From positions 10,253-74,252 of the forward strand of contig JADDQZ010000035.1 of the NCBI GenBank assembly GCA_016781085.1: a stretch of 64,000 nt of DNA. The letters run 5' to 3'. The DNA is from Actinomycetota bacterium (GTDB taxonomy: Bacteria; Actinomycetota; Thermoleophilia; Solirubrobacterales; Solirubrobacteraceae). The notes beneath the pieces were generated by a model. The model saw nothing but the letters and a program-made list of their open reading frames with translations. It made no database searches and had not been told where the DNA came from. Shown in pieces: positions 54,604-63,946 of this stretch. Each line of letters begins with the position of its first letter. The stretch's first letter is position 1. The position numbers and the translations under genes were made by a program.

Positions 54604-54612
54604 AATAGCCGA

Positions 54613-54977
54613 GGTGGAGACGGCGGGAATTGAACCCGCGTCCGCAATCGCGCAATGGAATGCCTCTACGAGCGTATCCGGCGCTCTAAATCTCGCTCTC
54701 CCCTCGCCAACGCCGGCGGGGTTGGGGAGAACCAGCCTTCTTGGATTTCCTTCACTCGGGCGAAGACGGGCCCTTTGTGAAGTACACCCGCTAGTTGACT
54801 CGGCTTATCTCGTCGCAGGTATCGAGGGCCAAGGTCTGCGGCTTAGTTTGTGCTAAGCAGCGAGACGGAAGTCGTGAGACTCCGCACTTATTTTTTTTCC
54901 GGTTTTTTACGAGGCCTCCGGAACCTCGGCTCGCAACATCCCCTGCGGAACCGACCACGTCGAAGCCTGTCGTCCCC
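54613..54977 (-). ncRNA. ssrA: tmRNA (SsrA), 365 nt, predicted tag AESHDFRLAA
   Basis: 5' end GGGGACGACAGGCTTCGACG, 3' end GGACGCGGGTTCAATTCCCGCCGTCTCCACC (T-arm plus acceptor, G3:U pair preserved). Tag frame GCG GAG TCT CAC GAC TTC CGT CTC GCT GCT TAG at 54885-54853. Confidence 0.95.
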
Positions 54978-55113
54978 AGGGGTTCCTACGCGGTTCATTG
55001 TAGACCCAAAGCGCGCGCGTCGTTACTTGGATTGGAACCGACTGGACGGCTACTCCGGCGGCGGCAGCGGGTCCGCAGAGCTTTCCTTTCCACGGCGCGC
55101 GGTAGGAGCGAGA

Positions 55114-56214
55114 ATGGCCCAGGGCAAGCAGCCGCGAAAGCACTCATTGCCCTGCCACAATCGATGCATGGAACGTCCCGACTCGCAGTGGCTTCCACCC
55201 GCTGCGCCCGGTTCTCCCTACGGCAAGCATCCAGCCGCTGATTCCGACGGTCAGCGGCCCGCCCAACCGGTGCCGGCCTATGGCTTGCCGGTTTTGGAAC
55301 CGGACGGTGACCAGTCGGCTTCGGCTTTCCAACGCCCGGTCGTAGAAGCTCATGGCCAGCCGGCCCCGGAGCCAGGCCTCAGTCTGGGCCAGTCGGGCTC
55401 CCAATCCGGCAGCGCGACGCTAGCCCCCTCTCCCCGGGGGAAAACCACTTCAGGACTCAAGCGAGGGCTCGGCCCCCTCGTACTCGTCGGGGCGATCCTG
55501 CTCAAGTTCAAGGGCGCGCTGCTCCTGCTGCCCAAGCTCAAGCTGTTCACCACATCGGCCTCGATGCTGGTGTCGATCGGCGCCTACGCCCTCATCTGGG
55601 GGCTGCCCTTTGCCGCCGGCTTCGTCGGCCTGCTTTTCGTGCACGAGATGGGCCACTACATCCAGCTGCGCCGCGAAGGCGTAAAGCCCTCAGGGATGCT
55701 GTTCATCCCCTTCTTGGGAGCGGTGATCGGCGCCAAGTCGCTGGGTGGTAGTGCCATCGCCGAAGCGCGCGTGGGGTTGGCTGGGCCGATCCTGGGTTCG
55801 CTGGCAGCCGCGGCGCTGATCCCGATCTGGCTGGCGACGGGCAACCAGATGTGGCAGGCACTCGCCTTCACCGGACTGTTCCTCAACCTCTTCAATCTGC
55901 TTCCCGTCGTGCCGCTCGACGGTGGCCGCGCGATGGCCGCGATGGCGCCGTGGATGTGGTTCGTCGGCCTGGGCGCGATGATCCTGCTGACGCTGCAATT
56001 CCCGAACCCGATCATGTTCCTGATCGTGTTCTTCGCCCTGATGGAGACCTACCGTCGCTGGAAGACACGGCGAAACGGCGAAGAGGGCAACGCCGCCTAC
56101 TACGAGGTGCGCCCGCGGCAGCGACTCGCCGTAGCCGCCGTCTACATCGGACTGATCGCGCTCCTGCTGGCCGGTATGGACGCGACTTTCATCGATCGCA
56201 GCGACCGGCTTTAG
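55114..56214 (+). CDS. M50-family (site-2 protease-like) membrane metalloprotease with a Pro/Gln-rich N-terminal region
   Basis: HEMGHYIQL zinc motif inside a TM helix and a downstream LNLFNLLPVVPLDGG motif. I prefer ATG 55114 (AGGAG 5 nt upstream); the alternative is ATG 55168. The track ORF start at 54850 overlaps ssrA and is spurious. Confidence 0.8.
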   Translation: MAQGKQPRKHSLPCHNRCMERPDSQWLPPAAPGSPYGKHPAADSDGQRPAQPVPAYGLPVLEPDGDQSASAFQRPVVEAHGQPAPEPGLSLGQSGSQSGSATLAPSPRGKTTSGLKRGLGPLVLVGAILLKFKGALLLLPKLKLFTTSASMLVSIGAYALIWGLPFAAGFVGLLFVHEMGHYIQLRREGVKPSGMLFIPFLGAVIGAKSLGGSAIAEARVGLAGPILGSLAAAALIPIWLATGNQMWQALAFTGLFLNLFNLLPVVPLDGGRAMAAMAPWMWFVGLGAMILLTLQFPNPIMFLIVFFALMETYRRWKTRRNGEEGNAAYYEVRPRQRLAVAAVYIGLIALLLAGMDATFIDRSDRL

Positions 56215-56291
56215 AGCCGGCGGTACGGCGGCGGACAAGGGCCGCCCGGAAGCCCGCGTCATGCGGTCGCTTCCGCGTTCAGCTCTGAAGC

Positions 56292-56762
56292 TCAACGCCC
56301 GCGGATCGCGCGATCCATCTCGCGCTTCATCTCGCGCTCACGGATGCTCACGCGCTTGTCGTGCAGATCCTTACCGCGACCCAGTGCCACTTCCACCTTC
56401 GCGCGCGGCCCCGAGAAGTAGATCCGGGTGGGAACGAGCGTGAGACCCTTCTCGCGCGTGCTCCCGACCAGCTTCTCGATTTCGGATCTCTTCAAGAGCA
56501 GCTTGCGCGGACGCTCGGGCTCGTGGTTACCCGTGGTGGCGGGTGGATACGGCGGGATGTGCACGTTGTGCAACCACACCTCGCCTTCGCGCACAGCCGC
56601 GTAGCCGTCCTTGATCTGTGCCTTGCCGTCGCGCAGAGACTTGACTTCCGTTCCAGTCAAGACCATCCCGCATTCCCACTTGTCGATCAGGTGGTAGCGG
56701 AACGACGCCTGCCGGTTGGTGGCCACGTCGCCGGAAGCGAAGGTGCGTTTCTTGCCTGCCAT
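56292..56762 (-). CDS. smpB: SsrA-binding protein SmpB
   Basis: MAGKKRTF...NRQASFRYHL...GTEVKSLR...LHNVHIPPY...RKLLLKRSEI. ATG at 56762 (track TTG at 56765). Confidence 0.95.
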   Translation of the reverse strand: MAGKKRTFASGDVATNRQASFRYHLIDKWECGMVLTGTEVKSLRDGKAQIKDGYAAVREGEVWLHNVHIPPYPPATTGNHEPERPRKLLLKRSEIEKLVGSTREKGLTLVPTRIYFSGPRAKVEVALGRGKDLHDKRVSIREREMKREMDRAIRGR

Positions 56763-56772
56763 CAAGCGCTAC

Positions 56773-58725
56773 TTATATCTCCACGGGCGTCAAGTCCACC
56801 CGCCCGCGCGGTGCATCGACCCGCGCGACCTGGACGCGGACCGGGGCGCCCAGCTGTAGCGATCCGCCCGTACCGGTACCGATGAGCATGGTTTGCAGCT
56901 CGTTGAGCTCCCACCAGTCGCCGCTGAGGCGGCGCACGGGCAGCAGCCCCTGGTGACCGTCGCCGAACCACACGAAGGCGCCCGCGTCGATCAAGCCGAT
57001 CACCTCGCCATCCCACACGGTGTCCCAACCGGATTTGAACAGCTCCTGCTCGAGCAGGAAGCAGCGCGCGACATCGTCAGCGGCGCGCTCGACCTTCATC
57101 GCATCGCGTTCACGGTCAGAACACCAGTCGCCGTGAAACTCGAGCTCGGACGCCTTCGGCGCGGCCTCGCCGGCTCCGATGGCCGACAGCAGAGCGCGGT
57201 GACACACCAAGTCCGGGTACCGGCGGATCGGCGACGTGAAATGGCAGTAGCGCTCGGAATGCAACCCCGTGTGCCCGGTGTTCTCCGGTTGGTAGCGCGC
57301 CTGCTTGAGCGACCGCAGAACCAGCGAAGTGAGCGCAATTCGCCCGTGCCCCAGCTTTTCCACGTGCTCGCGGACGAGCACTGACATCGCAGCCACCGCG
57401 TCGGCGGCTTGTTGCGGCGTCATCGGCTCGGGGAGCGGCGGAGTCGCCACGTCGAGCGACGCGAGCTGGCCGGCGAGAAAGGCAACGCGAGCCGGTTCAG
57501 GACGCTCGTGGACGCGATAAAGCGTCGGCAGCTTGCGCGCGTCGAGCAGCGTAGCCACGGCCTCGTTGGCCGCGATCATCAAGTGCTCAATCAGGGTGTG
57601 CGACTCCGTTTGCGTCTCGTAGGAAAGCCCCGCGACATGGCCTTCGTCCGAGAAGGAAAACTCGGGCTCAGCCGACTCCACCGCCAGGGCGCCCTGTTGC
57701 GCGCGCACGCGCGCCAGCGCCTGAGCCACTTCTCGGGCCGTCGCCAGCGGCTCTGCCCACGGCTCCTGGGCTGCCTCTTCTCCCGCGAAGATGCGGTCGA
57801 CCTGCGGGTAGTCCAACCGAGCATCTGATCGGATCAGCGAGCGATGGAAGGCACTGCGGCGGACTTCGGCGCCGACGTATTCGAGCTCGACCGAGACGGC
57901 CAGCCGGTCTTGGCCCGGAACGAGCGAACAAGCCTTGTTGGAGAGCGCTTCCGGCAGCATCGGCTCCACGGCTCCCGGGACGTAAACACTCGTGCCGCGG
58001 CGAAACGCCTCGCGATCGACGCGAGAGCCGGGCGGCACGTGTGCCGAGACGTCGGCGATGTGCACGAAGACGCGAATCGCGCCGTCGGGAAGCCGTTCAG
58101 CGGAGATGGCGTCGTCGTAGTCCTTGGCGGTCGGCGGGTCGATGGTGAACGTGGTCAGACCGCGTAAGTCACGGCGGCTGGCCGGATCGGCATGAGGAGG
58201 GCTCTCCGCGGACACCGCCGCTTCACGCTCGACGACCGGTGAAAATCCGCGCTGGGCCCCGCGATCGATCATCACCGCTTCGAGCACGTCGCGCGCGACG
58301 TCGGGGCGCCCGATCCGCTTGACGATGCGTCCACGCCCCGAGCGCGAACCCGCCGGCGCGACGACGACGAGATCTCCGGGAATGACGCGGAGATCAGAGC
58401 GCGGCTTGTCGACGTTCATACGCCGGCCGCGGTGCAGAAATGGCGTGGCGGCCAAAACGCGCCCGCGCTTCTCCAGGACCGCGACGATGCCGATCCCCGG
58501 GGCCCTAGGTCCAGGACCGGGGCGGTTGTCGCGTGTCCGCTGCGCGCCGTCGCCCTCGCCTTGGCGGCGTGAAACCGGCGACCCTTGTCCCTCCGCTCCC
58601 GGGCGCGGCTGGCTATCGCGACTGGAGTCGTGACGCTTACGCGCGCTGGGCCGCTTCCCCGCGGGACCGCTTTTGCGCCCCCCAGACCCGGAAGGGCCGC
58701 CACGGCCACCGGCTTTTCGCCTCAC
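56773..58725 (-). CDS. rnr: Ribonuclease R (RNB family) with an Arg/Gly/Pro-rich N-terminal extension
   Basis: RNB motifs (TIDPPTAKDYDDA...HFTSPIRRYPDL) and a C-terminal S1 domain. GTG start in a GTGA overlap with the ctpA stop. The first ~90 aa are low-complexity, so the true start could be internal. Confidence 0.88.
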   Translation of the reverse strand: MRRKAGGRGGPSGSGGRKSGPAGKRPSARKRHDSSRDSQPRPGAEGQGSPVSRRQGEGDGAQRTRDNRPGPGPRAPGIGIVAVLEKRGRVLAATPFLHRGRRMNVDKPRSDLRVIPGDLVVVAPAGSRSGRGRIVKRIGRPDVARDVLEAVMIDRGAQRGFSPVVEREAAVSAESPPHADPASRRDLRGLTTFTIDPPTAKDYDDAISAERLPDGAIRVFVHIADVSAHVPPGSRVDREAFRRGTSVYVPGAVEPMLPEALSNKACSLVPGQDRLAVSVELEYVGAEVRRSAFHRSLIRSDARLDYPQVDRIFAGEEAAQEPWAEPLATAREVAQALARVRAQQGALAVESAEPEFSFSDEGHVAGLSYETQTESHTLIEHLMIAANEAVATLLDARKLPTLYRVHERPEPARVAFLAGQLASLDVATPPLPEPMTPQQAADAVAAMSVLVREHVEKLGHGRIALTSLVLRSLKQARYQPENTGHTGLHSERYCHFTSPIRRYPDLVCHRALLSAIGAGEAAPKASELEFHGDWCSDRERDAMKVERAADDVARCFLLEQELFKSGWDTVWDGEVIGLIDAGAFVWFGDGHQGLLPVRRLSGDWWELNELQTMLIGTGTGGSLQLGAPVRVQVARVDAPRGRVDLTPVEI

Positions 58726-59930
58726 GATGCACCGCTCGAAATGGTGGAAACGGCTTTGTCGAGCGCTTCGTCGCGCTTGGGCGTCTTACGCACGTCGCGG
58801 GCGCGGACGTCAGGCGCGATGCCGGCGCCACGCTTGGGACCGCCCCCCCCAAGATTACGGCCGCTCGGAGTGAAGTACTCGCCCACGGTGATGTCGAGCG
58901 CACCGCCGTTCGACAGTTCCTCGATCTGCTGGAACACGCCTTTGCCGAAGGTTCGCGTGCCGACGACCTTGCCGCGATCACGGTCTTGGATCGCGCCTGC
59001 GACGATTTCCGACGCCGAAGCCGAGTCACGATCGACCAGCACGACCACCGGTACGTCTCGCGGAATCGAGCGGCCCGTCGCCTCGTAGACCTTTTCCTCG
59101 CCCGACCCCCGCTTGGTCGAGACGATCGTGCCTTCTGGAATGAACAGCGACGAGATCCGCACAGCTTCGTCCAGGTAGCCGCCGCCGTTTGCACGTAGAT
59201 CAAGGACAACGGCCTCGGCGCCCTTGTCCAGCACACGCCTGACGGCAGCGTCGACGTCGTCGCCGGATCCGCGCGTGAAGGAAGCCAGGCGAACATGACC
59301 GGTCGGGACTGCGCCTTGGCGGACGATCTTTGAGACGACCGGCGACACTTCAACGCGCTCCCGGCGCACACGGAGCTCGCGCACGTCGTCGGCTCGACGT
59401 ACGCGCAGCAGCACAGTCGTTCCGGCTTTGCCCTTGATCAGCGCCGTAGCGGCGTCCGTCGGCTTGCCTTTGAGCGACTTGCCGTCGGCGGCGACGATGA
59501 TGTCGCCGGCCTTGAGCCCCGCCCTGCGCGCCGGTGACCCGGGAAACGTCTGTTGCACTTCCACACCCCGCTTGTTGGCTTCCACCGTCATGCCAACGCC
59601 TTCGAATCCTCCGCTCGACGCCTCCTCGAAATGGTGGAATGTCTTGGGATCGAAGTAAGCGGAGAAGCGGTCGTCGAGCGACTTCACCGACGCTTTCAGG
59701 CCCTCGTCCACCAGCGCTTTGCGATCCACCGGCCGGTAGTAGTGCTTCTCCATGATGTCGAGCGCCTCGTCGACCAAGCGGGCGTCGGAGCTTCCGGCCA
59801 CCGAATCATCGACCAGGACGCCCCGGACGAACCCTGGAAGCAGCGAGGGATGGCCGCCCAGCCATATCCCGGCCAACAACAACGACACCAAAAGCAGCGC
59901 CTGCAGGAGGCGCGAGGAGCGCAAGAACAC
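58722..59930 (-). CDS. ctpA: S41 carboxyl-terminal processing peptidase
   Basis: 402 aa. Signal anchor, PDZ domain (GSPARRAGLKAGDIIVAADG), catalytic region (DRDSASASEI...GTRTFGKG). Confidence 0.9.
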   Translation of the reverse strand: MFLRSSRLLQALLLVSLLLAGIWLGGHPSLLPGFVRGVLVDDSVAGSSDARLVDEALDIMEKHYYRPVDRKALVDEGLKASVKSLDDRFSAYFDPKTFHHFEEASSGGFEGVGMTVEANKRGVEVQQTFPGSPARRAGLKAGDIIVAADGKSLKGKPTDAATALIKGKAGTTVLLRVRRADDVRELRVRRERVEVSPVVSKIVRQGAVPTGHVRLASFTRGSGDDVDAAVRRVLDKGAEAVVLDLRANGGGYLDEAVRISSLFIPEGTIVSTKRGSGEEKVYEATGRSIPRDVPVVVLVDRDSASASEIVAGAIQDRDRGKVVGTRTFGKGVFQQIEELSNGGALDITVGEYFTPSGRNLGGGGPKRGAGIAPDVRARDVRKTPKRDEALDKAVSTISSGAS

Positions 59931-59969
59931 GCTCCTTACGGTACTCGGGGGCTCGGCGCGCTTACCGCG

Positions 59970-60368
59970 TTAGACCGCTAGCGCGTTTTCGAACTCGAAC
60001 CAAACGCGCGTGCGGCCGTCGGCCTCGACGCCCCAGCGATCGCTGAGCTCGGAAACCAGGTGCAATCCCCAACCACTCCCGGCAGGCGACTCAGGCGTCC
60101 GGGCCTTTGGTACGAACCCTTGGCCGGGATCCACGACTTCGACATGAAGCGCGTTGCCCTGAAGCTCGACTTGCATCCCGATCTGACCGTCGTGGCGCCC
60201 ATGGCGCACAGCGTTTGCGACCACTTCAGAAACCAACAAGCGAGCGTTGACCGCCACTTCGGGTGCCAGCACCCCGCTGATCTCGTCAAGCAGGCGCCGG
60301 GCCGCGCCGGGGGCTTCAAGCGCCTTGGGAAGCGTGGCGGTCACACACATGGGGCCGGGAGAGATCAT
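59970..60368 (-). CDS. RsbW/SpoIIAB-like anti-sigma factor serine kinase (HATPase_c_2)
   Basis: 132 aa. ARLLVSEVVANAVRHG...VVDPGQGF...GWGLHLVSELSDRWG. Confidence 0.75.
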   Translation of the reverse strand: MISPGPMCVTATLPKALEAPGAARRLLDEISGVLAPEVAVNARLLVSEVVANAVRHGRHDGQIGMQVELQGNALHVEVVDPGQGFVPKARTPESPAGSGWGLHLVSELSDRWGVEADGRTRVWFEFENALAV

Positions 60369-60490
60369 CGCTTACCGATTCCTTACCCAGCTGAACCGAG
60401 CGCACACGCGCCTGAACTGACCAAGGGTCGTGGTTCATACCCGCCCACCGGTCGACGAGCCGCCACGCTCGTACCACCCCATGCTTGAGA

Positions 60491-61384
60491 TCAGACCCGC
60501 AGGAAGCGGCGCAGAGAGAGCCCGGAGCCCAGGCCCGAAACCGCGATAGCCGCGCCCAGCAGGATCGCCATCAGCACACCGAAGTTCATCGTCTGTGTCG
60601 CGGCAAGCAGCGTGAAGTCGCTGCGCAGGGGGTCGAGCAGCGCGAACTTCACGATCGCGAGCAAAGCGACCGCGAACAGCCCCCCGATCGCCCCGACGAG
60701 CACGCCTTCGAGCACGAACGGCCAGCGGATGAACCAATCCGTCGCGCCGACGAGCTTCATGACCTCGATTTCACGCCGGCGCGCGTAGAGCGACAAGCGG
60801 ATGGTGTTGGCGACCAGCAGCACGGAAGCGACGACGAGTAGAGCTGCCAGCAGGCCGGTCGTCAGCTTCACCACACGAGTCGCCGACAGGATCTTGCTCG
60901 AGTTCTCCTCGTGCTCACGGACTTCGCCGATCGCCGCGTCGATCGTCGTTCTGCCACCCGAGGGAGAGACAGGCGTCAGGTGCCCCTTGATCTTGCCGAT
61001 GTCATCCGGGCGCTCCGGCGTGACACGGAACGTGTCGGGCAGCGGATTCTTGCCGAGCAGCTTGTAGTACTGCGGCAGACGCTTCTTCTCCGCTTGATAC
61101 GCCGCTTCCTTGGAGATGTACTCCACCTTGCCGGCGCTGGGTGTCTTCTCGAGCAGCACTTTGACGCGCTCCGCGTCCGCGTCGGTGGCCGTGGCCTTCA
61201 GGTACACGTCGACGAGCACGCGCGACCGCACCTCGTTGGCCGCGCCCGTCGTCGCCTGCACGACCGGGATGAAGACGCCCAACATCAGGACGGTGACGAG
61301 CACCGTTGCCATCGCCGCGAAGCTTGGCACCGCGTTGCGACGCAGGGCGCGCAGCGCTTCCTTGGCAAAGAATCCGAACCTCAC
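60491..61384 (-). CDS. ftsX: Cell division permease-like protein FtsX
   Basis: 297 aa with four TM segments, a periplasmic loop and a C-terminal FtsX domain. GTGA overlap with ftsE. Confidence 0.92.
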   Translation of the reverse strand: MRFGFFAKEALRALRRNAVPSFAAMATVLVTVLMLGVFIPVVQATTGAANEVRSRVLVDVYLKATATDADAERVKVLLEKTPSAGKVEYISKEAAYQAEKKRLPQYYKLLGKNPLPDTFRVTPERPDDIGKIKGHLTPVSPSGGRTTIDAAIGEVREHEENSSKILSATRVVKLTTGLLAALLVVASVLLVANTIRLSLYARRREIEVMKLVGATDWFIRWPFVLEGVLVGAIGGLFAVALLAIVKFALLDPLRSDFTLLAATQTMNFGVLMAILLGAAIAVSGLGSGLSLRRFLRV

Positions 61385-62247
61385 GCGTCCTGCCCCCGGA
61401 GTAGCGCCCCGAACTCACGTGTGCTCTCGTCTTGCACGCGGTAAGAGCCGACCTTCTCGTCGCGGATGACGCGCCCCTTGCTGACTTCGATCACGCGGCG
61501 GCGCATGCGGTCGACCATGTTGTGGTCGTGGGTGGCGACGACCACCGTGGTTCCCGTGCGGTTGATGCGGTAGAGCAGTTGCATGATCCCGATCGAAGTC
61601 TCAGGATCGAGGTTGCCTGTCGGCTCGTCCGCCAACAGCAACGGCGGATGGTTGACGAAAGCACGCGCCACCGCGACCCGCTGCTGCTCGCCGCCCGAAA
61701 GCTGGTCGGGATAGTTGTGCAGCTTCGTCGACAGCCCGGTCAAGCGCAGGATGTCTGGCACCTTCTCGCGGATCTCGCGGCGACCGGAGCCCGTGACTTG
61801 CAGGGCGTAGGCGACGTTGTCGGTCACTGTCCGGTTCGGCAGCAGCTTGAAATCCTGAAAGACCATTCCGATGTTGCGGCGGTAATGCGGGACCTGCTTG
61901 CGCTTGATCTGCGACAAGTCGCGCCCGGCGACGGCGATGCGCCCCGCCGTCGGCTCGTATTCCTTGATCAGCAGCCGCATGATCGTCGACTTGCCCGAGC
62001 CGGTTGACCCCACGAGAAAGACGAACTCACCCGGGTGGATGGTGAAAGACGCTCCGTCGAGGCCGACGTTGCCAGTCCCGTAGTGCTTGGAGACGTCGTC
62101 GAACTCGATCACCGGCGCCGCGGGGGCAATCGGGGACGAGACGGGCGCGGCCGCGGCCTGTGTCGCGGGAACCGGCTGCGGGGCGGTTCGGGCTCCATCA
62201 TCACGGGATCGGTGCAGGCGTCGTACGTGGCGTTCGGTCGCGGCCAT
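61381..62247 (-). CDS. ftsE: Cell division ATP-binding protein FtsE (start 62247, or GTG 62112)
   Basis: [23 protein letters not shown] and [11 protein letters not shown] motifs. The 45-aa Ala/Pro-rich N-terminal extension may not be translated. Confidence 0.92.
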   Translation of the reverse strand: MAATERHVRRLHRSRDDGARTAPQPVPATQAAAAPVSSPIAPAAPVIEFDDVSKHYGTGNVGLDGASFTIHPGEFVFLVGSTGSGKSTIMRLLIKEYEPTAGRIAVAGRDLSQIKRKQVPHYRRNIGMVFQDFKLLPNRTVTDNVAYALQVTGSGRREIREKVPDILRLTGLSTKLHNYPDQLSGGEQQRVAVARAFVNHPPLLLADEPTGNLDPETSIGIMQLLYRINRTGTTVVVATHDHNMVDRMRRRVIEVSKGRVIRDEKVGSYRVQDESTREFGALLRGQDA

Positions 62248-62338
62248 TGGCGCGAGAGGCTAGCGGCGAATGAGTCCTCCAGCGCCCAAAGTGCCCTGCT
62301 TGCAAGGTCCTTTGCAGACTCGCGGGTAGGCTGCCCCG

Positions 62339-63589
62339 ATGGCCTCGATCTCTTCTTCTGACCTCGCCAACGGTCTTCCGCTGCATCGCATCGAACTCCC
62401 CGGCACCCGCGCGCTGACGGTACTGGTGGCGTTCGACGCCGGAGCGCGGACCGAGCGGCCGCAAGAGAACGGGATGGCGCATTTCCTCGAACACCTCGTG
62501 TTCAAGGGAGGTGAGCTCTACGACGACTACCGCAAGGTCAATGAGACCGCCGAGCGCATGGGGGCGATGCTCAACGCTTACACGTCACATGACCTGGTGG
62601 CCTTCCACATCACTTGTCGGGCGGAAGTGGCCGAGCAGGCGATCGACCTGCTGACCGATTTCGTCGGGCGCCCGAAGATTGACCAAGACGAGCTCGACCG
62701 CGAGCGCGGCGTCGTGATCCAGGAGATCGCCCGTGCTCAAGATCAGCCGGCAGTGGTGGCAGAGCACCTCATCGATCGCGCGGCCTTCGGCAACCATCCG
62801 CTCGGACGACCCGTGCTCGGGCCCGAAGAGCACCTGCGCGACTTCTCCCGTGACGCGATCCTCGCATTCCGCGAGCGTCAGTGGGCCGGGACGCGCGGTG
62901 GCGCCTTCGTGGTCGGCAACCTCGACGGCTTGCCTGATGAAGCCCGCCTCGAAGAGCTCTTTGGCCGCTTCCCGGCCATCTCTACCAACGGCGGCTACGA
63001 CCCCGCTCCGGCACTCGAGCCGCGCGTACTGGTCGAGGAGCGTGAATCCAACCAGTCGCATCTGCGGATGTCGTACCGCCCGTCCATCGACCCACGCGAC
63101 CGCCGGCAGCGCGCCGCTCTGGCCGTCTACTCCACGCTGCTGGGCGGCTCGATGGGCTCCCGCCTGTTCGACGAGATCCGCGAGCAGCGCGGCCTGGCGT
63201 ACTCGGTCTATTCCGTCGAGCATTCCTTCGCCGACGCGCCGATCCTGCAGCTTTCCGCCGGCTTGGATTCGACCAAGTGCGCCGAGGCCTACACCCGCAT
63301 GCGTGAGATCGTCGACGAGTTGCGCAGTGAGGGACCACGGGAAGAGGAATTCGAGCGCGCGAAGTCCTACGCCGCCGGCCGCCGCGTGTTGGCCTTCGAG
63401 AACACGAACGCGGTCGCTCGCTATGCCGCGAACCAGCGCGTGGTCTTCGGCGAGGACGTCGATCCCGACGGGTCGATAGACGTGCTCGACGACACGACGT
63501 TCGACGACGTGCGCGACGTCGCGCGTGGGATCTCGACCGGACTTGCGGTTGCGTGCGTGGGGCCGCAGACCGCCGACGACTTCGCCTGA
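62339..63589 (+). CDS. M16-family zinc peptidase (insulinase-like)
   Basis: 416 aa with the inverted zinc motif HFLEHLVFKG and downstream E residues. Confidence 0.88.
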   Translation: MASISSSDLANGLPLHRIELPGTRALTVLVAFDAGARTERPQENGMAHFLEHLVFKGGELYDDYRKVNETAERMGAMLNAYTSHDLVAFHITCRAEVAEQAIDLLTDFVGRPKIDQDELDRERGVVIQEIARAQDQPAVVAEHLIDRAAFGNHPLGRPVLGPEEHLRDFSRDAILAFRERQWAGTRGGAFVVGNLDGLPDEARLEELFGRFPAISTNGGYDPAPALEPRVLVEERESNQSHLRMSYRPSIDPRDRRQRAALAVYSTLLGGSMGSRLFDEIREQRGLAYSVYSVEHSFADAPILQLSAGLDSTKCAEAYTRMREIVDELRSEGPREEEFERAKSYAAGRRVLAFENTNAVARYAANQRVVFGEDVDPDGSIDVLDDTTFDDVRDVARGISTGLAVACVGPQTADDFA

Positions 63590-63659
63590 CCATTTCCCGC
63601 CGATTGAGTCGCCGGCGGGCCGTCTGCTGATCCCTGATTGCCGCGGCCTTTCCGGCGGG

Positions 63660-63704
63660 GGTGTGACGATCTGATGTCGCATAGCGACCCTTAATCGTCA
63701 CACC
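63660..63704. other. Nested inverted repeat (11-bp perfect outer stem, 5-bp inner stem) in a long convergent spacer
   Basis: GGTGTGACGAT-ctgat(GTCGC-ata-GCGAC)cctta-ATCGTCACACC. Confidence 0.8.
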
Positions 63705-63946
63705 TCGCGTGACCGAAGCGCCTTACTACCGCGGCTTGCCGTCCGGACCTCGGCGCTTGAAGCTGCCGCCGCTTGACCCGAGTGGCACGGCCCGCGACGG
63801 CAGGTACGACCGGCCAGCCGCGCTAGGCCGGGGGCTTGCCCCTCAACTCACCGCGCCGGGCGCGCGCTCGGTGGCTGGGAGACGGCGGTGCGGTGAGTGC
63901 CGCGCGGGCTGTCGCGAGCCATCGGAGCAGACGCGGCGGCGCCCGA

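Noticed and set aside
48900-54612. Genomic island integrated at the 3' end of ssrA (kptA, copZA, disordered protein, sigma factor)
   Set aside because: tmRNA genes are common integration sites, but I see no integrase or recombinase and no convincing direct repeat of the ssrA 3' end. Codon usage and GC look like the rest of the window.
54614-55241. Track ORFs 54614-54856 (+), 54795-55241 (+) and 54907-55143 (-)
   Set aside because: They overlap the tmRNA gene and its promoter region. The RNA assignment is far better supported: canonical 5' and 3' ends, T-arm, and a tag frame ending in LAA-stop.
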